This document shows positions 1 to 9,007 of a stretch of 29,461 nt of DNA, one piece after another (position 1 is the stretch's first letter; every line of letters starts with the position of its first letter). The stretch is from an uncultured archaeon (GTDB lineage Archaea; Asgardarchaeota; Heimdallarchaeia; Heimdallarchaeales; Heimdallarchaeaceae), in contig CAZJUB010000030.1 of the NCBI GenBank assembly GCA_964549075.1, positions 1 through 29,461 on the forward strand. The letters run 5' to 3'. The notes beneath the pieces were generated by a model. It saw only the letters and a list, made by a program, of their open reading frames with translations, ran no database searches and was not told the DNA's origin. The translations under genes and the position numbers were made by a program.

Positions 1-144
1 ATATCCCATTTTCTCAAGGTTAGCATTTTGGGATAATATGTATGGTTCTCCTTTTTACTCCAATAGACCTTTTGGTATTCCCATGCGCTTAGAATCACCA
101 GCTGCTAAGAGCACAACAGGAATATCGCTGAGTTTTATTTTCAT
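1..144 (-). pseudogene. 5' part of MobA/MocA-like nucleotidyltransferase (NTP_transf_3) with in-frame TAA; runs off window edge
   Basis: Manual translation from ATG at 144: MKIKLSDIPVVLLAAGDSKRMGIPKGLLE*KGEPYILSQNANLEKMGY. LAAGxSxRMGxPK is the MobA/MocA signature. TAA at 57-55 interrupts the frame. AGGA lies 6 nt upstream of the ATG. Not in the ORF track. Confidence 0.75.
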
Positions 145-152
145 GATAAATC

Positions 153-664
153 CTACGATTTGTTCTTTTCTAAAGCAGTAAATAATTTCTTTCTAATTTC
201 ATTATCATTGTACCCAGTTACTCTTTTAATGGTGTAGTAACTTGTCCAAAATGACTATGCTCATGCATCATCAATCCTTCAATGAGATGTGATCTATGCA
301 TCTTTCCAAGCCCAAATCCTGTTTCAAGCTCTTCATCTTCTTCTGCTTCTGAAAGACTCTCTATACCTGCTTTGATTTTTGGAGTTATTCGATGAAATTC
401 ATTTTCTACTTCTTCTATAGAGTATTTACCTCTAGCTGCTTGTCTGTATTGAATCCCTAAAGTACTGTCCTCAAATTCTACATTTGGGATAACAGTTTTC
501 AGATGTTGTAGAGAGGCTAGCAAATGTCTGAAAATATTCTCAGATGACCAGAGTTCCTCTCCTAATTTTGCATGCCAAACCTCTTTATCGAGTTCTTTGA
601 AAAGTAAGAAAAAATGATTTCGTTCCTTTTCAGTCGCATTATATACATCAATTAAACGATACAT
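153..664 (-). CDS. DinB/YfiT-like four-helix metalloprotein, apparently frameshifted near the 3' end
   Basis: WSSENIFRHL and HEHSHFGQV are DinB-superfamily His motifs. ORF track gives 218..670; likely start is ATG 664. A -1 shift at about 236 extends the protein (YTIKRVTGYNDNEIRKKLFTALEKNKS) to TAG at 155-153. Confidence 0.75.
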
Positions 665-685
665 AAGCAAGAATTGGTGTTTTAT

Positions 686-693
686 TATATAAA
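686..693 (-). promoter_or_regulatory. Putative TATA box (TTTATATA) for the DinB gene
   Basis: Archaeal TATA consensus about 22 nt upstream of ATG 664, in the divergent intergenic region; AT-rich background lowers certainty. Confidence 0.45.
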
Positions 694-724
694 GTTAGTA
701 GATTTCAATAGTTTGATAAGTAAA

Positions 725-732
725 TTTATTAA
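725..732 (+). promoter_or_regulatory. Putative TATA box (TTTATTAA) for alkaline phosphatase
   Basis: About 24 nt upstream of ATG 757, consistent with a leaderless or short-leader transcript. Confidence 0.4.
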
Positions 733-756
733 CTCAACTAATTTGATAATCTAAAT

Positions 757-2028
757 ATGAGAAGGATAATTAACACTAAATCACTACTATTTATTTTTAG
801 TATAACTCTAAGTTTAGTTTTAGTTCCGGCTGTATCCAAAATATCAACTGCAGATAATTTTCTTGCTGATAATAATAATCTCAATGTTATTTTGTTAATT
901 GGAGATGGAATGGGATTTGAACATGTTCAAATAGCTGAATGGGTAGAGTTAGGAACATCAGGATCATTTGACTTCAGAAATCTTACTGCCTTTGCATCTA
1001 TGACCACCTATTCAGCAGATGATGCAGTTACTGATTCAGCAGCATCAGCGACTGCAATAGCTTGTGGGATAAAAACTGATAATGGATATTTAGGAGTAAA
1101 TCCAGCAACTAATCCGGTTCAAAATATAGTAGAATTCGCTCAGAGTATGAATAAATCCACAGGATTGATTAGTACAGCTACTGTAGTGCACGCTACACCA
1201 GCTGGTTTTTATGCACATCATACAAGTAGATATGATTATACTACAATTGCTCAACAAATGATTGATTCTGGAGTGGATATAATTTTGGGAGGAGGAGAGC
1301 AATATTTTACAGATAAAATTGATGATTTAGTTAGTCAAGGCTATTCAATGGTTTATAACAGAGATGAGCTCCTAGATGAGACTTCTAACAAAATTGTTGG
1401 TTTATTTGACTCCAGTTATATGGAACTTGAGAGAACTAGAAATTACACTTTAACACCTTCTATAACAGAAATGACTCAGAGTGCTTTAGCTAAATTATCA
1501 ACTAATGAAAATGGTTTCTTCCTCATGGTTGAAGGAGCACAAATAGATCTGGAAGCTCATGATCATAATACAATTAACGTTGTTCTAGAAACTATAGCTT
1601 TTACTGAAGCTGTAACAGCTGCTCTAGCTTTTGCTGAAGGTCGTGATGATACAATTGTTATCGTTACAGCCGACCATGAAACTGGAGGTTTGGTTATTCA
1701 AGATGAAAACTTAAACAGCACCTTACCAGCTGAAAAAGCGACTGAAGAGGAAAAACGAGCTCTCCGAGTTGATCGAGCTAATATGTTAACAGTCGCATGG
1801 ACAAGTACTTATCACACAGCTGATAATGTGCCATTCTATGCATACGGAGATTTCTTTACATCGATGGAAAATGGTTCAATAATAGATAACACTGGTGTCT
1901 TTGATATAATGACAGCTTATTACAATGAACAACCTTATACTATCCCTGAGTTTGCTCAAACCATACTAGGATTAATTCCTTTGGTTGGTTTCTTTGCAAT
2001 AATAATTATAAGAAGGAAAAAGGAATAA
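757..2028 (+). CDS. phoA: Alkaline phosphatase (PhoA family), secreted, with C-terminal PEF-CTERM-like anchor
   Basis: N-terminal signal peptide; IGDGMG, DSAASATA (catalytic Ser), HATPA, EGAQIDLEAH and ADHETGG motifs; C-terminal IPEF + hydrophobic helix + RRKKE. Confidence 0.92.
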   Translation: MRRIINTKSLLFIFSITLSLVLVPAVSKISTADNFLADNNNLNVILLIGDGMGFEHVQIAEWVELGTSGSFDFRNLTAFASMTTYSADDAVTDSAASATAIACGIKTDNGYLGVNPATNPVQNIVEFAQSMNKSTGLISTATVVHATPAGFYAHHTSRYDYTTIAQQMIDSGVDIILGGGEQYFTDKIDDLVSQGYSMVYNRDELLDETSNKIVGLFDSSYMELERTRNYTLTPSITEMTQSALAKLSTNENGFFLMVEGAQIDLEAHDHNTINVVLETIAFTEAVTAALAFAEGRDDTIVIVTADHETGGLVIQDENLNSTLPAEKATEEEKRALRVDRANMLTVAWTSTYHTADNVPFYAYGDFFTSMENGSIIDNTGVFDIMTAYYNEQPYTIPEFAQTILGLIPLVGFFAIIIIRRKKE

Positions 2029-2029
2029 A

Positions 2030-3283
2030 TTAGAAGAAACTGATTATCCAAATAATCAAGTAAAAAACAATAAGGATAACTCCAATAATACTAGGTATTT
2101 TTTTCCTTCCTTCTAATAATTTTACAGCTGATATATTTACTGCACCAAAGATGAACATGAAAATAATACTAGCTGCTAAAGCTACAATTTCTATATTAAA
2201 CGCTAAAACAAAAGCAATACTTAATATGCCTGAAATTGTAATCGCTCTGGCTGGAACCCTAGTTTTTGGATTGATTTTTGCCAAGGATTTAGGAATTATA
2301 CCTTCGTGTGAAAGCATGTAGGATAATCTAGAAGATCCAAGTAAAGTTGCGTTTATCGCTGATGCAGCAGACACAATAGCTGCAAAAACCATAATACCTA
2401 TACCAGCATTACCTAGAAATTTCGAAGCTGAAACAGATAAAATGACTTCTTTAAATTCTCCAACTCCTTGAGTGCCTAAAACTGCTATAGTCACTATTGC
2501 TACAGATACGTATAAGATAAGTACAATAATGATTGAAAGAAACATTCCTACAGGTAAATCTCTTTCAGGATTTTTCATCTCCTCTACAGAATTCGATAAT
2601 ATCTCAAAACCTTCCATAGATACAAAAATAAGGACAGAACTGGCAACTATTGGGAAAAATCCCTTATCAAAGAAACCTTCAAAATTTGATTTGTTAGCTG
2701 CTGTTATTCCTGCTATTATGTATACTACTAGGATAGTAACCTTAACTAAAACAAGTATATTCTGAGCTCTTGTAGATTCCTTAACTCCAATCAAATTTAA
2801 ACCAATAAAAAGAAGAACACTCAAGATTTGAAAGATAAAAGCACTAATCGAAATTGCATAAGAAGTACCTTGAAAGATTTCGAGTCCTGGTACAATTGGT
2901 ATAGCCTCTCCTAGATATCTACCAAAGGTCATTGCGTATAAACTAACTGAAAAACTATAGCCAAACCATAAAACAATACCTAAAGTTCCTGAAAGCCATT
3001 TCTTCTTGAAAGCTTCTTGTACATAAATAAAAGCTCCACCTGCTTTTGGATATTTTAGAGCTAGATGCACATAGCTGAAAGCTGTAAAAGAACTTACAAT
3101 TCCAGCAAGTAAAAAGGAAAGAAAAGCAGCAGGACCAGAATTGTTGATTACTAATCCAAGAACACTGAAAACACCTCCACCAATGAGAGCACCTACAGCA
3201 ATTCCAAGAGCTTCTTTTAATCCCAACTCTTTGGATAATTCTACTTCTACTTCATTGTTTCTGGAGGTATCGTTATCAGACAT
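2030..3283 (-). CDS. APC superfamily amino acid permease
   Basis: About 12 hydrophobic segments; GALIGGGVF (TM1), GPAA, YPKAGGAFIY, EEMKNPERDLP, SRLSYMLS and TRVP motifs. Confidence 0.92.
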   Translation of the reverse strand: MSDNDTSRNNEVEVELSKELGLKEALGIAVGALIGGGVFSVLGLVINNSGPAAFLSFLLAGIVSSFTAFSYVHLALKYPKAGGAFIYVQEAFKKKWLSGTLGIVLWFGYSFSVSLYAMTFGRYLGEAIPIVPGLEIFQGTSYAISISAFIFQILSVLLFIGLNLIGVKESTRAQNILVLVKVTILVVYIIAGITAANKSNFEGFFDKGFFPIVASSVLIFVSMEGFEILSNSVEEMKNPERDLPVGMFLSIIIVLILYVSVAIVTIAVLGTQGVGEFKEVILSVSASKFLGNAGIGIMVFAAIVSAASAINATLLGSSRLSYMLSHEGIIPKSLAKINPKTRVPARAITISGILSIAFVLAFNIEIVALAASIIFMFIFGAVNISAVKLLEGRKKIPSIIGVILIVFYLIIWIISFF

Positions 3284-3409
3284 TTTGACCCCACTGAATG
3301 AAGAAAAATCGGTAAAGAATTTAAGAATGTTTGGGTATTTTAATGAAATTGTCTTTGCTAATTCTGCCGTTAGAGGCCTTTAAAACAAAATATAGTGGAT
3401 TTTATACAT

Positions 3410-4327
3410 TTAGTAACGAGCTATCAAAAATACAATGAATAAAATGAATGTAAATATGAAAGTACCAATGTAAATCTGTCTATTCCATCCTGATATATAT
3501 CTTCCTGCATAAATTCCAAAAGGTAACAGCGAAAACAGTGTAAAAGTCAACATCAGCATTGGAGTATATCCAACTGCACTTAGGTATGGAATCCCGAATC
3601 CGTTACCAAACATTAAGATGACGATAATTGTACACCAGAAAAGAATCCATGCTATTCCTGAAAAAGCAATTATTCCTCTATTTTTGTGACTCGATCTTCC
3701 TTCTCTAAAAGTCAAAAAACCAGGAATAGCAAATATAGGTATGAAAATACTCAATATACCTAATAATATTCCCCAAATCCATAATACTATTCTAGGTCGC
3801 TCATTCTTTTGTTTTGCAATAATCATTTGTATTACAAAATAACCACCAAAAACGAAATTAATAGATCCAAGATTGATAAAAACTATATTCCAATCCATAG
3901 CAGAAATAGGTACTCCGTTATATAATGTAAGTTCAACAATAATATTGAGAGTTATGAAAATACTAAAAATACCTAATATAGTTAGTAGGTTAAAATAGTC
4001 GTTTCTGAAACCTGTAATGTTAAAAAAGGAAGACCTAGTTAGAAATCTGTCTTGAGGTTCAAGATAGACTGATTTTGTTTCTGTATCTCTTGGACCATAA
4101 ACTTTGTCACCACGATACTTCTTTTTTGTTTTTTTAGGTTTTTCTTCCTTAATTTTAGTTTGTGATATTTTTGATTTCCTATATTCTTCTGATTGATAAA
4201 TACCTATCATAGGACAATCGTGCTGTTCTGGAAGTCTGTGCTTTGAACAATACATTTGATTACATAATTTACATTTAAAAGGTAAGCTTTCTTCAGCATC
4301 ACAACCAGGAAATTCACAAGTTTTCAT
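3410..4327 (-). CDS. AN1-type zinc finger fused to degenerate M50 (site-2 protease-like) membrane domain
   Basis: CEFPGC...PFKCKLCNQMYCSKHRLPEQHDC is an AN1 finger. The membrane part has the M50-like layout (GIIAFSG; FSLLPFGIYAG) but no HExxH. Confidence 0.75.
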   Translation of the reverse strand: MKTCEFPGCDAEESLPFKCKLCNQMYCSKHRLPEQHDCPMIGIYQSEEYRKSKISQTKIKEEKPKKTKKKYRGDKVYGPRDTETKSVYLEPQDRFLTRSSFFNITGFRNDYFNLLTILGIFSIFITLNIIVELTLYNGVPISAMDWNIVFINLGSINFVFGGYFVIQMIIAKQKNERPRIVLWIWGILLGILSIFIPIFAIPGFLTFREGRSSHKNRGIIAFSGIAWILFWCTIIVILMFGNGFGIPYLSAVGYTPMLMLTFTLFSLLPFGIYAGRYISGWNRQIYIGTFIFTFILFIVFLIARY

Positions 4328-4364
4328 CTAATTCACGTGTTACTTTATCACTTAAAAAATTGTT

Positions 4365-5240
4365 CTATCTCATGTGATGTATACAAACTCCAGGTGTTAG
4401 CAACTTATCCCTGATTTTACTTGAAAGTGATTTAACCATAACTTTTTGCCAGAAATTAGTTTCCTTTGTTCTACCTATTATAACTAAATCTGGCTCATCT
4501 TTTTCGAAAATAGATTCAAGAGAAGACAGTACACCGTGTCCAATTATGAAGCGAGGTTGAATTATTTGTCCAAAAATTTTTGAAAACTCTCTTACATATT
4601 GGGTAAATTGCTTTTCTTCATTTTTGATGGTTTCTTCTTTAGCTGCTCCTATTAAAGGAACTGTTTCAGGAACTTGAGCAATATGATATACCCTCACTTT
4701 AGCATTCTTCTGTGGAGCTGCAATTGCTGATGCCCATCTAAGCAGAAAAGGGTCCCTATGAGAGTATGGTAAGAGTACTGCGATATCCTTTAATTGATTA
4801 GATGTTTTTTGCATGGTTGGAGGAAATATCTGTAAAACCTCTGTTTCTAAATGTGGTATAACTGCATTGGAAATGCTTTGAATAGTTATTTTATCAAATA
4901 AAGTAGGTCTTCTTCTTCCTGACATCAATACAAGGTTGTGTTTCTTTTCATTCCAATATTCAACTATTGCTTTCGGAATATGCTTAGATTTTCTGATAAT
5001 AAGGTCATGTTTAACTTCATACTTAGCTAGTTTCTCTAAAAATGCACTAACTTTATTCCCCGGATCGGTTCCAATGTGAAGTAAATCAAGATGTGAACCA
5101 TATTCATGAGCGATATAGAAAGCTAATTCTAAACCAGTACATTCAAATTGTTTACCACCAATGGGAACTAAGATTCTGTCAAGATTTAAGAAAAATTCAT
5201 CTTGGTAATCTGGATGAAGTTTAGAAGGTAGCTTAGTCAT
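4365..5240 (-). CDS. Tandem universal stress protein (USP) domain protein
   Basis: RILVPIGG...LDLLHI...LVLMSGRR, then a second repeat IAVLLP...VYHIAQVP...PDLVIIG; two USP folds. Confidence 0.8.
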   Translation of the reverse strand: MTKLPSKLHPDYQDEFFLNLDRILVPIGGKQFECTGLELAFYIAHEYGSHLDLLHIGTDPGNKVSAFLEKLAKYEVKHDLIIRKSKHIPKAIVEYWNEKKHNLVLMSGRRRPTLFDKITIQSISNAVIPHLETEVLQIFPPTMQKTSNQLKDIAVLLPYSHRDPFLLRWASAIAAPQKNAKVRVYHIAQVPETVPLIGAAKEETIKNEEKQFTQYVREFSKIFGQIIQPRFIIGHGVLSSLESIFEKDEPDLVIIGRTKETNFWQKVMVKSLSSKIRDKLLTPGVCIHHMR

Positions 5241-5314
5241 TCTGTTATTCGATAAACACCTTAATTCATCTAATATAAAGGTTCTTCTTCACTCAGAAGA
5301 ATTATAATAATAAT

Positions 5315-6319
5315 TTAGATGTTTTCACGAAGGTCGATAATGTCTTCAGCTGAAGGACCAGTACCAATGATTGACACTTTTGTTTTTGTAGCTTTTTCGA
5401 TGGAATCAATGAAATCTTCAACTTCACCTTTAATATGATCAACACTATTTGCTCTGCTTATCTGAGGATAAATTATATCAAGTTTGGTTAAAGCAATTTG
5501 AGTTGCACTATTAAGCCTGACAGATTTCTTAGCTAAGTTATAGTTGAAAGGAGCTGCTCTTCTAGGTCTTCCTGTCACTGCTCCATATTCTACCCAACCT
5601 CTCTTTTTGAGTTCTTCCAAAGAAAGTTCTCCAGGAAGTTCTCCAGTACCTACTCTAGTAACATATGCTTTGAAAACTACAATTACTTCATCTACTCTTT
5701 TTGGTCCAACTCCTATATCAGAGCATATTGCAGCTGCTGAAGTATCTTTAGAAGTAACATAAGGATAAGAACCATGGAAGAGTGAAAGGAAAATCGCTTG
5801 ACTTCCTTCAGCTTGAACAGTTTTCCCTTCATCTAAAGCATCATTAATCTCTACACTCACATCTGTTAGATAAGGTTCCAATTCTGGAATATCTCTTGCA
5901 ACCTTTAAAATCCTCATAGCTCTATCTTGATTGGCAGGGCCTGTCCCACTCCCTGTTGTTCCAATCTTTCCTTTAAGATGTGCATTTGAAGAATCAATCT
6001 CTCTGTGTTTTTCTTCAATAATTCCTGATTGATAATCAACACCGCATATAGAATTGGTCTCTTTCATCTCTTTAAACAAAACAATAGGGTCTACTAAAAC
6101 TCCAGCACCAATTAACAGTCGTGTGTCAGGATTAATAAAACCAGAAGGAACCATTCGAAGTTTATATTCTTTACCTTTGAATTGAATAGTGTGTCCAGCG
6201 TTTGTTCCCACACCAGCTCGAACAACAATTGAAGGATTATCTTTTAATGCTAAGTATGAAAGTACTTTTCCCTTTCCCTCATCACCAAAAAATCCACCGC
6301 AAATGACTGACAATGTCAT
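5315..6319 (-). CDS. purA: Adenylosuccinate synthetase (short archaeal type)
   Basis: GDEGKGK, NAGHT, IGTTGSG, EGSQ, YPYVTS, YVTRVG, TGRPRR, TKLD and IGTGP motifs; 334 aa. Confidence 0.97.
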   Translation of the reverse strand: MTLSVICGGFFGDEGKGKVLSYLALKDNPSIVVRAGVGTNAGHTIQFKGKEYKLRMVPSGFINPDTRLLIGAGVLVDPIVLFKEMKETNSICGVDYQSGIIEEKHREIDSSNAHLKGKIGTTGSGTGPANQDRAMRILKVARDIPELEPYLTDVSVEINDALDEGKTVQAEGSQAIFLSLFHGSYPYVTSKDTSAAAICSDIGVGPKRVDEVIVVFKAYVTRVGTGELPGELSLEELKKRGWVEYGAVTGRPRRAAPFNYNLAKKSVRLNSATQIALTKLDIIYPQISRANSVDHIKGEVEDFIDSIEKATKTKVSIIGTGPSAEDIIDLRENI

Positions 6320-6426
6320 ATGTTTTGTTCTTGCTAACTTATTGTTAAATTTTTCAGTGTGAATATCGATTTTTTCTTTTGCATTACCACGAAACTTATT
6401 TTAATGTCTTAAGTATTAATTCTATA

Positions 6427-7275
6427 ATGGAATCAGCTGTTCTTGAATTTGAATCAGATTATTTTACTCTTTTTAAGCTTCAAGAAGGCGTCTATGCTGC
6501 TATTGCCAAGAATACTTTTATTGCTGGAGCTAATGCAGGATTTTTTGATGTGGGAGATTATGTTATTTTGTATGATACTATGATGGCTCCTAAAGCAACA
6601 AAAGATCTACTGAAAGCTGTGCAGTTTACTTGTTCTAAAAAAATTGGCTTTGTAATAAATAGTCATTTTCACCATGATCATATCTGGGGGAATCATGCTA
6701 TCTCTCCATCTATTCCAATCATAAGTAGTTCTGATAATCTAAAAATGATGAAAGAACAAACATTGGAAGATCTACAAAAATTTCAAAAAGATGCAAGAAA
6801 AGAAATCAAAAAATTGGATGAACTTCTAAAAACTGAGACAGATCCATCAAAACTATTTGAAATAAACAACCATTTAGATTTCTATCTTACAATTTCTCAA
6901 CATAATTTTAATTTAAGAATAGCTGATGTTATCTTTAATAAACACCTGAAAATTTATGGTAGAAAGAGATCTGTTGAAATAATAGATATAGGAGCTGCTC
7001 ATTCAGTAAGTGATGTGATAGCATACTTACCAGATGATGAAACATGCTTTTTTGGAGATTTGTTGTTAGAAAATATTGATCCAAGCTTATTAGATAAGAC
7101 AACAGGAGTATCAGTTTCAGTAAATCCTAAGAACCAACTGAAAGTTCTTAGAACTTATTTTGAAAAAGATTTAAAATATGCCATACCGGGTCATGGAAAA
7201 TTAGCTCCTTCTAAGATTCTGTTTAAAACCAATATAGAATTTCTCAGATTGAAGTACCCAGATGCATTTTCTTGA
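6427..7275 (+). CDS. MBL-fold metallo-hydrolase (cyclase/glyoxalase II-like)
   Basis: ANAGF, SHFHHDHIWGN (HxHxDH), AHS, GD and IPGHG motifs. ATG 6427 is preferred over TTG 6379. Confidence 0.88.
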   Translation: MESAVLEFESDYFTLFKLQEGVYAAIAKNTFIAGANAGFFDVGDYVILYDTMMAPKATKDLLKAVQFTCSKKIGFVINSHFHHDHIWGNHAISPSIPIISSSDNLKMMKEQTLEDLQKFQKDARKEIKKLDELLKTETDPSKLFEINNHLDFYLTISQHNFNLRIADVIFNKHLKIYGRKRSVEIIDIGAAHSVSDVIAYLPDDETCFFGDLLLENIDPSLLDKTTGVSVSVNPKNQLKVLRTYFEKDLKYAIPGHGKLAPSKILFKTNIEFLRLKYPDAFS

Positions 7276-7327
7276 GGAAATCACAAAAACTCTTATAAAT
7301 TACCAATTTAAGTTCTAAAGAGTAAAG

Positions 7328-7891
7328 ATGTCTGTCTTTGGAACCGTAAAAATCGTGCTTCTTGGTGATTACGCTACAGGTAAAACCACTCTAAAACGAA
7401 GTTTTATGGGATTACACCTTGATGAAGTGTATATGAGTACACTAGGTGTGGATCTAGCTTCTCACAAACATGTAGATGAGGATATAGAAATTAACTTTCA
7501 AATCTGGGATCTCGGAGGGCAAAAAGAATATAGCAAACTAAGGAAGAAACAGTATGTAGGTTCTGAAGGTGGACTACTTGTTTTCGATAAAAGTAGACCT
7601 GAAACTTTTGCTAATTTAACGAAATGGTTAGAGGAGCTTAATAGTTCTTTAAAAACAAAAATACCCGTCTTTTTGTTGGGTAATAAAGACGATTTGATGG
7701 GAGTTGAACAGAATAAAATGCTTGATAATCAAGCTAGAGCATTTTTAGAAGAAGCAAAAGACAAATATAAATTTGTGAAATTGATTGACTACTTCTCCAC
7801 TTGTGCTTTAACAGGTTCAAATGTTAATGATGCTTTTCTCGATTTAGGAAGAATAATAATGCGAAAGAAAAGCGATGATATGAAGATATAA
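7328..7891 (+). CDS. Rab/Ras-like small GTPase
   Basis: G1 GDYATGKT, G2 STLGVD, G3 WDLGGQ, G4 GNKDD, G5 TCAL; LLVFD..RPETF..L.KW; no C-terminal prenylation cysteines. Confidence 0.93.
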   Translation: MSVFGTVKIVLLGDYATGKTTLKRSFMGLHLDEVYMSTLGVDLASHKHVDEDIEINFQIWDLGGQKEYSKLRKKQYVGSEGGLLVFDKSRPETFANLTKWLEELNSSLKTKIPVFLLGNKDDLMGVEQNKMLDNQARAFLEEAKDKYKFVKLIDYFSTCALTGSNVNDAFLDLGRIIMRKKSDDMKI

Positions 7892-7955
7892 CAAAAGGAA
7901 AGAATTAAAATACCTTCATAAATCAGAAAGGTAAGAAATATTTGAGAGATACATT

Positions 7956-8861
7956 ATGGCTACTCTATTTGGTGATTTTGGTCAGATATTGGCAATGCTA
8001 GGACCTGTACTCATTTTCATAGGTCTATATATCGGATTCTGGATTTGGGGAAAATTTGCAAACAAGAAGAAGAAAGAGCAGTATTTTGATGATGTTCTTA
8101 CTGCAATGGACCCTTATATTATGAATTATTCTAGAAAAGATCCAAATGATCGTCAAGTCGAAATTCGTTGCCAGATGAATGAAGATTTTCTTGTTACAAG
8201 TGCATCAGCTTGGCTTATACTTCTCCCTAGAACAAGTTTTCCAACAATGTTAGTAGACGGATTGTTCTTTAGAAATAAAGATTCTTTTGGATTAGCAGCT
8301 AATTTTCCAGAAAAACCAAGAGTACTATTTGAAGTGATTCCATATAAAATGAAATCAGCAATAAAGAAGGATTTTGATTATCTGATAGAAATTGATGATC
8401 TTTCAACTCCAAATGCAGATATCAACAATAAGTTTCTCATTAAATCTAATAGAGGTAGAGCTATAAATCAATTAATCAGAAGCAATTCTTTCATAAAAGC
8501 TCTTACAGAGTATTCTAAAGAATTGCAATGGATTTCTGTTAGAACCGATGAACCTCATTTCGAATTAAAATTCAACCTTACAAAGCAACCGGCAGATTTG
8601 CTAATTTTAACAAAATTTGCTATGACAGTTTTGAAATTCTTTGCAAAGGTAACTGAATCAACTAAAAGCTTGCCAATTCCAACAGTTCTAAAGAAAGAAG
8701 TGAAAAAGCTTTCAGAAAAAGAGCTCAAGAAACAAGAGAAACAAAAAGAAAAGCAGATGGAAGAAAGAGAGAAAAGGAGAGAAAGAGCTCGAAAAGCTGA
8801 AGAAAAAAGAGCTAAAAAACGAACAAAAGAAGAAGAAAAAGCACGAAGAAAAGCTAAATAG
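7956..8861 (+). CDS. Probable CCDC47 (DUF1682, PAT complex subunit) homolog
   Basis: Single N-terminal TM ending WGKFANKK, then a globular domain with collinear resemblance to CCDC47 as recalled, then a long Lys/Glu/Arg coiled-coil tail. Confidence 0.6.
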   Translation: [301 protein letters not shown]

Positions 8862-9007
8862 AGATCGTTTTTCTCTTTTTATTTATTCAAAAAAAATTTA
8901 TAAATATGGATAGAATAAAGTATCTTGAACATTATAATTATATTTCAATTATCATATCAACTATAACATCTATTGCTATTGCCATTAAACACTCAAAGTT
9001 GGTAAAT

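Noticed and set aside
55-57. Stop-codon recoding (Sec/Pyl or alternative code) for the in-frame stop
   Set aside because: The codon is TAA, not TGA or TAG, and TAA terminates many genes in this window normally.
8690-8861. A/G-rich quasi-repetitive DNA
   Set aside because: Explained by Lys/Glu/Arg codons of a coiled-coil tail; not a tandem repeat.
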